NCBI GenBank assembly: GCA_009103225.1
Contig: RHPI01003642.1
Location: forward strand, 331,116-395,115
Direction of reading: 5' to 3'
Length of the DNA stretch: 64,000 nt
Origin: Chlorokybus atmophyticus
Taxonomy: Eukaryota > Plantae > Mesostigma and Chlorokybus algae
The stretch's first letter is position 1. Every line of letters begins with the position of its first letter. The translations under genes and the position numbers were made by a program. The notes under the pieces were generated by a model, which saw only the letters and a program-made list of their open reading frames with translations, searched no databases and had not been told where the DNA came from. This document shows, piece by piece, positions 50,080 to 64,000 of the stretch.

Positions 50080-51199
50080 GTAGGGTCTACAGCTTCACCG
50101 GACGCATTGATGGCGATGGACCATCTAACAGAGGCGGGACAGGCGACATCGACAGGCTGCAACGCAGCCGACGACGAGCAATATGCCAAAGACTGCTTGT
50201 TGGTGAGCTTGCTTGCAGCCAATCACAAAAGGGTGTTCGCTGCCGACTACCAGCTGTTCCCTTCGGATGTCATGAAGTGCGCTGCCGCCGCGTAAGCCTG
50301 CCTTGCTAACGTAGCCTTGACTCTTGATCAACAGTGTTATTGCTAAGAATTCGCACCTTTAGCGCATGCCTGTAATTCCTTGGGCAGATTTTTAACGCTG
50401 TCAGTGGATGACGCTTCTTGCAAGTGGTTGTAGCTGGGCAGTCATGTGCATTCTGGCAGGCCCGGCATTGAGCTTGCAGCTATTGAGAGCCAGCTGGAGG
50501 AATACTGCTCTGAAGCAAGGAAGCTGGAATTGCAGCTACAATGCCTACGCAAGGTTGGGCATGATTACCTGCCCTGCAGGACGCACACTAATGCACAACT
50601 TGTCACTTGACAAGTCATGCATACGTGTCACAGGAGGAGGCTGAAAATCAGTCTTGCGAAAGTTCGAGCAGCTATATCAAGGACGTGGCTGACCAGCTGC
50701 GAAGCTTCTTGCAAGCGCTTTCCAGTTTTCAGACAGTCTACACACAGGCAGATTATTTGCGACAAAGCAGGGTGCGCATGCTGCAAGCGCAGTCGTGAGT
50801 GACATCAGCTTGCTGCGTGTACAGGAAATACGCGCATGGACGCACAACGTGACACCTCCAGAACTCCATGGTGTTGGCCCTTCGGCTTCCCGCGTTCTCA
50901 ATATGCACAGCAGATTTAAACAGGTGAGGAAACCTGCACTTTATTGCCCTTCCAACAGCGCACACCAACTGCTGCACAGATTATTTCATTCATTGCATTG
51001 GTGCTCATCAGCAATTGCTTGTGTGGTCTTTTTGTTGCAGTTGCAGAAGTCTTTTGGCAATGTGCGCATAGCCTACGAGCAGCTCAGCAGTCCGGCTGTG
51101 CTGCATGTGGAAGGCGTGCAAATGCAAGCCGTGGAGTTGGCCGCCCACAACGAAAGCAATGTGTTAGACATTGAGCGCAGCCTTACACTCTTGCTGTAA
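50080..51199 (+). CDS. AUG7: Augmin subunit 7 (AUG7/HAUS7)-like; 5' exons not identified
   Basis: Spliced exons give DDEQYAKDCLLV...YQLFPSDV and QLRSFLQALSSFQTVYT...EIRAWTHNVTPPELHGVGPSASRV, resembling the plant AUG7 blocks DEQVAKD...KLFPADV and [23 protein letters not shown] (recalled, not searched). Confidence 0.72.
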
Positions 51200-51408
51200 T
51201 GTTGACACCATACAGTGTTGACATATTCCAACTTGGGTTGAATGCCGCAATGTCCGTCCGTGTGCCCCAAGTCACTCCCGGCAAAGGCATGACGCTAGTC
51301 TGCTCGCGGACAACAATGAAAACACCTCGCGCAACAATAAGATCAACGTATTGCAGCCTTGCTCGTGCGTGCACAGCTCCGACAAGCATGTCGCTACATG
51401 CGTTGCCT

Positions 51409-51556
51409 ATGCATCGTGCAACTGCTGACCACGTGCATACGCGCCGTTACCAGAGGGTGAGGCATATCCCAAGCAGACGATCTGGTAGCTACTGCGGTAT
51501 GCTGGTGCTACCATATAGCACTGGAAGTGCACGTGGTCAGCAGTTGCACAATGCAT
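51409..51556. repeat. 29-bp inverted repeat pair enclosing ~90 bp (MITE-like or hairpin)
   Basis: ATGCATCGTGCAACTGCTGACCACGTGCA (51409-51437) against 51528-51556, one mismatch. Inner TGGTAGC/GCTACCA stem. Confidence 0.85.
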
Positions 51557-52576
51557 GCACATGCACGCCGATAATAGAGGGTGAGGTGTATCTAAAAGCA
51601 ACCGGTTGGAGTGGACTGATATTGCAGTTGGCTGGTGTCACTGATAGCAATAATTTGTGTATAAGAGACAACATGCTTGATGAGTCATGCAATGTGTGAA
51701 GCACACACAATACTAGCACAACATGCAGCACTCAGGACATGCCATCTCATGCTTACACTTTATACCAGCAGTTCACCACCGGGCTGCCTACTCAACCTAA
51801 CACGCTATGCCCCTACCCCATTAGTCAGACGCACATGCATGGTGTCCAGCAATCACCTGCAGTACGGGCTGTAAACAAAGACATGCTGCCTCATGGCGAC
51901 AGTTTAACGCACCTGCAGCAACCGGCCCTAGTTGTATATACTGAACTGAATGTGGATGCTCTCGAGCATGATACACAATGATTTTGGTCATGGTATTGTA
52001 GTGCCAGATACGAGTGCACAAGGCAGCCTGCTTGACAACACCATTCAGAGCAAGCTCACCCACGTATCCATTGCATAGTCGTGATGCTTACTGTGGCAAA
52101 CTTGACCCAGGTAGGTTGGACACACTCATGGCACGCATCCCACACATGGCATAGCATGACATCATGCACACTACTTTATCATCCTATGTGCGGGGCTAAT
52201 CAAAGATGATGATATAAAAAGACTTCTGGCTGCAAACCATGTTGCGCTCAGCACACTGACTGCGCAATGCTGTCAGCAAAGGCGGCACAATCTGATAACC
52301 TGGATGCATCAAGCACGCGTACTTTATAAATCATGATACACAAGACCGGAGCTAGTGGGGTAAATGTGTGATGACACATGCTAAGCAGCTATTGAAACAT
52401 TGGTTGTACGTGTTGCATATGTATCATGTTGTACCAGTGTCTGTTATGGCAGTGGTATCACAGGCATCACCAGTAACACAGCAGTGTTTGCCGTGGAAAA
52501 GCCTGGTCAATGTCTCTGCTTGTTGCGAAAACAGTATGAATCCCCATGCTAAAGCTACCCACAGCGCGTGCGTTAC

Positions 52577-53387
52577 TTACTTCTTGAACAGGCCCTGTCA
52601 ACACAGCTGCTCAGTATCCATCACAGGAAAACTTAACAAAGCCAGACACTACGCTGCATGCACACGCCTCAACGCTGATAGTGGGCACGCTATGCGCCTG
52701 TATCTACCCTAAGGTTGTTGCCATACCCATCAAGCGGCTAACCTACTTGAAAATTGACTGCACTATCTCAAACGTCAAGCGCCACTCACCTTTTTGGGAG
52801 CAGGTGGCGAGAACTTCTCAAGGGGCGTTCCTTCTCCAAAAAGCTTGGGTGAGTTCTTGGCGATCTGCGATGCACTGAGCTGTCAGTCCAATCCTCCCAG
52901 CAAACGGCTTGCTACCGCAGGAACGGAAAAGAGCTGTGCACGACTGAGCACAGCTCTGTGAAGGTCCCGGAGGAACCTGAAAACAGACAACCAAGCAGAT
53001 CGCATGCTAAACACTCGCAAACAAGGTAGAAGACATCATGGCCTCGTTGTCTGCTGTCAAACTGGGAGATCGTGCAGACACAGGCCGGTAATGGCGCACA
53101 ACTGCCGCTGGCTTGCGCTCAACGGCGTTCTTTCAGGCTGAGCACTCCTACGCTAGATAACATTAGCAATGCAGAGGTGGCGATGAACGCACCTCCTCGT
53201 CCATCTCATAGAAGACATTCTTGTACAGGAACTTGTTGAGCCAGCCGAAGAGGCCGTTTCCCTCCTCTTGCTTGGGGGCGGCCTTGGCGCCAGGCCGGCC
53301 CTTGGGCGCAGGCCTGGCCTGCGCCACGATCAGCGGCGACCTGACCTTGCCAACGACGGACACCGACGACACCATGGTGACGGCCAT
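52577..53387 (-). CDS. TSP9-like small plastid-targeted protein, 3 exons (53193-53387, 52790-52864, 52577-52594)
   Basis: Spliced product MAVTMVSSVSVVGK...KQEEGNGLFGWLNKFLYKNVFYEMDEEIAKNSPKLFGEGTPLEKFSPPAPKKGLFKK. All introns are GT-AG and phase 0. Resembles TSP9 (EEKGLFDW...ETDP...PPKK..GLF.K). Confidence 0.62.
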
Positions 53388-53778
53388 CGTCACGCCCCAC
53401 GCCCCAAACGCCCGCCGCCGCCGCCTACCTCACGCCGACCACACGCCCAACCTCCAAGACAGGCTAAACCTGCAGCATACCATTTCCACCATACACACGC
53501 ACGTACTTTTGTCTAACGAATGTTATTGTGCTGTTTACAAGCGTTAGTGTACGTCTGTAAGGCAGTAAGCTCACGTTACGCTACTGAGTTGTTGCGGCTT
53601 ATCCATACAAGAGGCGATCGACGGACCGGATTAGAGAGCAGCTTGCTTTCTCCTCTGCCTTGTGCGTCCAGCGCACTGCTTGTGCGCAGCACTTGGGGTA
53701 GCAATTAGGGTTTGGGTTGTCGTGGCGGAGGCAGAGGCGGTGGCGGTGGCGTCGTCGCTGGCAACTGGGTGTGCCACC

Positions 53779-56080
53779 ATGGCGCATGCGGCTGCCGCTT
53801 CCGTGGTGGTGCCGCAGGGCAACCTAAGACTTGGGAGGTCCGCAGGTAAGGGGTCGACATCGTCACAGCATGATTAAGCATTGCGATGGGGCTGTGTCCA
53901 AGGCCGTGGTGTGTTTACAAAGATGATGTACTCATTGTAGCCGGTAGTCATCAATCCTTGCAAGCTTGCAAGGCATGCTGGATATGCTGCGCAGTGCTTG
54001 TTGCGTGTGCACAGTTTGTTCAGCGCATCGTTTTGATTGCAATCATATTTGTATTGACAGCCCCGCAGCGGAATCGGCAAAAGACCTTGACACAAGCTCC
54101 AAGTTTGCAATCTGCAAGGCTGCCTCAGCGCTATGCGTGCAAAGCAGCACTTAGCAACTTACCTGGTACGTTGTGGTTTACTAGTCGTGCTGTTTTGAAA
54201 TGCAGGTTTATTGTGGTAGCTGTGTGTTGACAACCTGCGCTATCATTTGCAGAACCCAGCAACATATGGATCCCAAAACCTCCAGTGGTTGAAGACGGCG
54301 ACTTGAGGGAGAAGGCCCTGAACTACACAGGTCCGGCATGGTGTCCCCCAGACTTCATACAGGCCCGAGCTGGATCGTCCCCAGCCCAGGTATAACCTCT
54401 CAGCGTTAGTGATGGTTGGTCGTGCAGTTAAGTAAGCTACGCTCGTTTATGCGGTTCCCGAACACAACCGCCAAGCATGGAAGCATTGCGGTGGTCGGCA
54501 CTAACAACCGGTTGTTCACTTTGCATGGCTTGGTGGGTCAGTCCAAGCCATGCAGATGAAGGCTTCAGATGCAGCTGTGTTGTTAAACAGCTGCAAGACA
54601 CAATCAGACAGCTGCAGAGCATTGCATGGGCATGATTGGCGCGTGTAAATCAGCCAAGAACTAGCATTCACAGAATGTACTCAGCCAGAGTGCCCATTGC
54701 CATAGGCCGACTATGGAGGCGGTTATGATGAGCATCGCGCCAAGACTCCGCCACCTGACTTGCCATCACTGCTGCTGGATAGTCGCATCATCTTTCTTGG
54801 CATGCCGGTATGTGATTTTGGCTTATCTGGGGATGTGGATTGATACAGCAGTTGACCACATGTAAGGGTTGTGCTAGAAGTGCATCGCTACCAATGTAAA
54901 CACTCAAGGATGATGCGCTGACAGTGCGTCGTTCTTGCAGCTGGTGCCAGCAGTTACGGAACTCATATGCGCGCAACTCATATACCTGCAGTACAAGGAT
55001 CCTCGGAAGCCTATTTACATGTACATTAACTCTACAGGAACTACGCGCGCAGATGGTGAAACAGTAAGTAGTTGCTTGGAAGCGCCTCCTGCATACAATC
55101 AGTAGTTGCATGCGCTAAGGTTGTTGTGTGTTACAGGTGGGTTTTGAGACAGAGGGTACTTGCATATACGACGCAATGAGACAAGTCAGCAATGATGTAA
55201 GTGCCGTGTTGCTGATATGCGTGTAGGTGGTCACGGCGGATATGGTGTGGCATGGTGGCAACTTATTGTGGTTTATCTTCTGGCAGGTCTACACAGTCAA
55301 CATAGGTGTCGCAGCGGGCCAGGCGGCCCTGCTTTTGTCAGCTGGCAAGCGAGGTCGTCGCTATTGCCTTCCGCATGCCACAAGTAAGCATGTGCATTGT
55401 GTCCCCACGACATTGTCTTGTGTGCGTGGTTTCAGCGAAGTAGCGCTCATTGATTGTTTTTATATGGCACAGCACTAATGCTCTGTTGTTCTGCAGCTCT
55501 GCTTCAGATGCCATCCATGCCTGGCTCCGGACAACAGTCCGCTAGTGAGATGGTTATTAAGAGCAATGAGGTATTGTGACAAAAGTTGATACGTTTTACA
55601 ACTGAAGTCCGGTTGGAAGTTGTGCTGACTATACTCTGGTCGGAAGTTATGGAACTATGCTGACAACACTTTGCATTGACAGATGATGGACCAATACACG
55701 ACATTGCTGGAACTGCTTAGCCTGCACAGCGGCAATGTACGTGGTTACGCAAGGGAACCCAGAGCTCTTATTTACATGCTTGGTTGCTGACCTCTGGTGT
55801 GCTGCGCAGTCTATGGAGCTCCTGGATACTTGGATGCAGAACCCGTTCTACATGACTCCTACGATGGCCATCCAACTTGGCTTTGTTGACAAGGTACATT
55901 GCTTGCACTCTAGTTTGACATGGGAACATGCAATTGGATTGCTCACTGACTGCATGTGCTGCTTGCCAGGTTCTCGACACACAGGCCATATCCAAGGCGA
56001 AGTCGTCCAATGAGTGGGATAAGGAGGCAGGGCTCAGGCAAGTGGAGCGTCCCGCCGGTTTTGGGAGCGGCATGGGATAA
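53779..56080 (+). CDS. CLPR3: Plastid Clp protease non-catalytic R subunit, ClpR3 type, multi-exon
   Basis: KTPPPDLPSLLLDSRIIFLGMPLVPAVTELICAQLIYLQYKDPRKPIYMYINSTGTTRADGETVGFETEGTAIYD...GQAALLLSAG. The catalytic Ser position is G; C-terminal EWDKEAG. Confidence 0.9.
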
Positions 56081-57344
56081 ATGGTGCGATGACCAGGTTG
56101 CTTGTCTTAATAACTGTTGTGGCGTGTTAGAGCTTGCCTGCGTGAGGTTAGGTGTAAATGCTGGTACAAACAGCCGACTGTGGGTTGGTATGGCGAACAT
56201 CAGATGCTGTCATGGCGGGTGCGATGTTTGTGTGGTGCCCATGTGGTTATGGTCTTGTTGTGTCAAATAGGCATGGCATGTTGTTGGCTGTTGCTGCGCA
56301 TGTGCAAGGTAGTGCTGTGCACTTTGTGCCATGCACGCAAAGCATTGCGCGTTTATGTGTAGTTATTTGTAGTTCACAACCAAAGCAGACATGCATGGTG
56401 CACACCTCGTTGTATGCATGCTATGCATGTTTACAAAAGTCCAAATGACCATTCTAGGCATGCAATGGACTTGCTTGCACCTGTTGGGCATTTTGCACAT
56501 GTGAAGAGTGTGACAGCCTCCAGCGCCGGGCGGGGGCCTAGCGCGTGCACTTGCAGCAGCCTTGTCGTCCGTGCAGTCAATGTTGTGCATGCGGACACTG
56601 GAGCTGGACAACCTGACTCATCTCTCCTCTCCTCTCCTATGCACTCTGCAGGTAGTTGAACGGTGATGTTGGTCCTGCCTGCCTGCCGCTGCCACGCTAC
56701 TTGTTGGTCACAACCCGCATAGCACATAGCACCAGCAATGTAGTGTAGTGTCATAGTTGTTGCTTAGCGTGCCTGTTTGCTGGTGTTGTGATTCTGCCTT
56801 GGCATTCTAAGTACTGATTGTGAGTGTTTGGCCCCTGGGTATTAGCCTATGCGCCAGCCTATCACCATACACAGTGTACAAACTTCAAAGTCATTGGTGA
56901 GCACTCGTGTTACTCTGCAACTCTCCTTGCATTGCTGTCAAGCTACACCTGCAGTCAATATACAACCTATAACAGCGACGCATCCACGCCAGCAATTTGT
57001 GTGATATCACGTGCAGTCCCAAACATGGCATGAAAGTGATGCGCATTCCGACAATGGATGAACATTCAGAATTTACCCTTGTATGTCTCCCACTGCTCAT
57101 TAACAACCCCAAAACTTTTACAAATGACACTTGTATGACAACATTGTACACACGTGTGCCATCTTGTCTACAAGTGCATGCGACACCACCACACATAAGC
57201 AACCAGCCAGCATCACTAATCCGGCTGGCAACAAGTTCAGCTGTAGAACTAAACACAGCCTTGCTGGACGAAGCTATCACCTTGCTTGTTTGCCGCCAAA
57301 CATATGCACCGCAACAAGTAATGTGCTTTGATATGCCATTAAAC

Positions 57345-60969
<3,625 letters not shown>

Positions 60970-61080
60970 GCTTCAACCCTCATCCACGGCACGTGATGAG
61001 ACTAGACTGGCCACTGACAACAACAAGCTATGTCGCACATCAACCTCCCTTCCCGTCCACAGCTTCCACTCCCCACTGAC

Positions 61081-61104
61081 CCCTAACCCTAACCCTAACC
61101 CTAA
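61081..61104. promoter_or_regulatory. (CCCTAA)4 interstitial telomere-like / telo-box array in the divergent KDM4/TIC110 promoter
   Basis: Four exact CCCTAA hexamers. Confidence 0.75.
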
Positions 61105-61520
61105 GTACGGCCCGTGTGCAAGTTCTGCCAGCTCGCAGGCGAATCTATCAAACGCTGCCACGCATGAGCAACAAGCGACGTTAGCGCAACTCTTGCCCCC
61201 GCGGTCCAGGACCTCCCGTCTGCCGTCAGCGCCGCCGCCGCCACCGCCACGTGGAAGTCTAGCCGTTCAACAACGGATACTGGAAGGCGTATCGATTGTT
61301 GGCGTCACGATGACGCAACCTGCGCTTGATTACGTATTAGGCATTACGGCGTCAGGCCCTACTCCCGATTACGGTGTGCAGCTCGTGGCTGGCAGAGGCT
61401 AGCCATTGGCTAGTAGCCAATCAAAGAGGGGACAGTGGCTTCCGTTTGGCTTCTCTGCTATCCAGTGCGAAAAAGCTGCGGCGAGCGGTCTCTTTTCCTG
61501 CGGCGGCGGCGGCGGCGAGG

Positions 61521-64000
61521 ATGGCGGTCGCCGCGGTGGGCATGTCGGCGGTGTCGGCGCCCAGCTGCGGTGCCCCGCGCGCTGTGTTCACTGAGCAGAG
61601 AAGTAGCAGCAGCTTCTTGCGGGGTCAGGCGGTGAGGGGGGCGTTCTACCGAGGCGCAGCGCTGAGGGTTGCTCCCGCGGGGAGGTGGCAGCAGCGTCGC
61701 CTGCGGGTTGCGAGGGTTAGCGCTGTAGCAGAGGGCGTGCGCACAGCTTCCCCTGCGCCTCTTGGAGAGGGGAGGGAGTTCTCTGCGGCGCAGAAGCTAC
61801 TCGGGGAGCTGCCGCTGGCAGCCAGGGCAGCTGCCGCAGCAGTTGTCGTGCTAGGTACTGCTGTAGTGGGCGGCCAGGTCGCCAGCACCATTGTGCCAGC
61901 CACCCTGCGAACCACAGCTCGCTATGTCGGTGCTGCAGTCGCTGGCGCTGTGGGCTTCTTGGCAGTAAAGAAGTTGCATGAGGACCGCGAGGGTGGAGCT
62001 GCTATTGAGCTGCACAACACAATGCTGGCTCAGGGCTCCTTGACAGCTGAGGACGTGAATAGAATTGCTCAAAAGTACGTGACTGCGTTCTGGAGAGTCA
62101 GTCGCACTCCGCCAGTGTTGTGCGAGCTGATTGTGCAGATGTTACTGATTGACGTGTATACATGCACAGAGACTGCATGTGTCCTTACTTTCCAATACAA
62201 CTACTGGCACAATGCTGATGCTAGCCATGTTGCATTCTACAGTTCTCCAATGTACTCCGCATGCAGTGAACAGGTCATCCACTGTTGGTATTTTGCTATG
62301 TGCATGTGCTTGGCAGCTCAGATCAGAGTGCACTGTCGTTTTGCATTGGCGCCAATAGCATATCGTTGCTATCGGCTGAGTGCCTTTCTGCAGGTATGGC
62401 GTGACTGCAAAGACGCCCAGCTATAACTTGGAGTTGCGTGCCTTGTACGACGGGTACGTATGCACAAGTTCTTGTATGTTTGTTGTATTGTAGACACCCA
62501 TGGAAATGGGGTTTTGTGCCATTTGTTTGAGCAAACATGCGGTCAATGTGAGTTTGATTTCGTATTGTACTTATGCAGCTATTTGAGTAACATGATTCCC
62601 CGTGGTGATGAGCCACTTGTTGGTGATGAGGCCGAGCGGTTGAGAGTTTTCAAAGATGCCCTTGGGCTGGAGGATCGTGACGCAGCCGACGTCCATATGG
62701 AGGTCTGTTTATGAGTTCTGCAGTAGGCTTGGTGTGTATGCCACAGCCCAGATGCGTTGCATTTTATTTGCAGACACTTTATAGCAGATTATACCATGTT
62801 TTGCTCACCCAACACTGCATTGATTAGGTGTTGCTATTCCAAAGACTTGAAGCAGTGAGCATGTTTTAGTCAACAAAACAAGTCATGCATCCTCAATGCG
62901 TTTTCCACGAATAGAGGATATATTGTGTCATTAGACTCATCCGCAGCCCTAAGCAGTGTATTAGACAGTTCTGTTTCTGGCATGTGTGTGGTTTGGAAAG
63001 TAGTGCAGCGCTCATGTATATGTCGCCTAAGCGCATGCCTTTAGCAACGGACTGATGTCCACACGCGGTCACAGGTTGGTCGTCGTATTTATCGGCAGCG
63101 CCTGGAGGTGGGCAGCAAAGATCTGGAAACCGAAGAACGTCGGGTGAGCATGCTTCGTGCTACTGGTCACTTGGCATGCTGTACTTTGCCGGGATCTTGA
63201 ATGGCATGTATGAACACTATGTCTTGGTTCCACAGGCATTCCAGAAGCTGGTATTCGTTTCCACACAGTTGTTTGGAGAGGCAAAAGCACGGTTCCTTTT
63301 GCCATGGAAGCGTGTGTTTAATGTCACAGATGGCCAGGTGAATACTTGCCTTACATTGTAATGTATCATACTTGCACAAGCAATGCACTTGGATGTGTGG
63401 TTACATGGAAGAGCACTGACCAGTGTTCGGTTGCAGCTTTCCGTTGCTTTGAGGGATAATGCCAGTCGTCTGTATCGCAAGCATTTGGAAGCGGTTATGT
63501 CGGACAATGGTGAGCACAAGACTACGATTGGGCCATCTTGGCTTTAAAGATGCTGGGGTTATGTTGCAGGTTGTTGGCATTAACTATGTGGTAGCTGAGT
63601 TGACGCTTCATTTATTTTGGTCGCAGATTTGGTTGTCAGCACATTGCAGGAGGCGCGACAGTACCAGCTTACACTTGGGCTCGGCGATGATGTACGCGCC
63701 CTTGAGTGTTGAGATGTCTGGTTTGTTGTTTTTACTGCATATGGCTATTGTGACGCTTCATGTGATTGCAGGTTGCTTCTGAGCACTTTCAAGATCTCTC
63801 CCGCAAGGCAGCAGAAGGTTTTGTGGAACAAGCTCTTGAAGTGGCAAATGCGCGCACCAGGAAGAAGTATGATTCAAACAAGTTGTGCTAGACATGCACC
63901 GCCATTAGATTAAACAACTCATCTTATGCAATAAATACAGGGATCTGTCACCTGCTATTGGCCAGATGTTCCAGCTACTCTCGTACAACAAGCAACGCAA
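61521..64000 (+). CDS. TIC110: Chloroplast inner-envelope translocon TIC110; 5' part only, runs off the window end
   Basis: Transit peptide and two hydrophobic helices, then GDEAERLRVFKDALGLEDRDAADVHMEVGRRIYRQRLE...AFQKLVFVS...FLLPWKRVFNVTDGQV. Confidence 0.92.

Noticed and set aside
52204-52260. Box C/D snoRNA (ATGATGA...CTGA)
   Set aside because: Short, with no terminal stem and no antisense element to rRNA that I could recognise.
53779-56080. Catalytic ClpP
   Set aside because: The active-site Ser is replaced (GQAALL), and the PPPDLPS motif and insertion are diagnostic of ClpR.
61081-61104. True telomere or chromosome end
   Set aside because: Only four repeats, lying between two intact divergent genes.
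61374-62426. 350-aa single-exon ORF as listed
   Set aside because: The real start is more likely the ATG at 61521, and the ORF reads through the intron after ~62076. It is exon 1 of TIC110.

Overview
Eukaryotic, intron-rich nuclear DNA of the green lineage. An early-diverging streptophyte alga is the best inference, from nuclear-encoded plastid proteins (S10, DEG1, ClpR3, TIC110, a TSP9-like protein), plant-type AUG7/THO6, and an animal/fungal-type KDM4. Bases 1-21.7 kb are a nested transposon pile-up that can be reassembled from TIRs, TSDs and reading-frame continuity. A Penelope-like retroelement with an N-terminal GIY-YIG (2844-~21720) is interrupted by a hAT/DUF659 element (3689-18685). 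The hAT contains a Ty3/gypsy chromovirus (4733-11706) and a non-autonomous CACCG-ended element (12181-17182), which in turn contains a pogo element (12529-15512). The chromovirus carries a Dam-like N6-adenine methyltransferase-like domain ahead of its protease, has no recognisable capsid and has a non-canonical PBS. Bases 22-44 kb and 50-64 kb are gene-dense, mostly with divergent gene pairs: PRPS10, TAF5, TBL1/HOS15, RPL12, V-ATPase c'', an RCC1-repeat gene, THO6, DEG1, AUG7-like, TSP9-like, ClpR3, KDM4-like and TIC110 (truncated by the window end). Bases 44.7-49.8 kb hold an AT-rich island and a second pogo containing a three-LTR tandem TRIM, whose PBS runs directly into a tRNA-like 3' half. 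All calls are by eye and by motif recognition; no searches were run. CDS coordinates span introns, and some termini are approximate.
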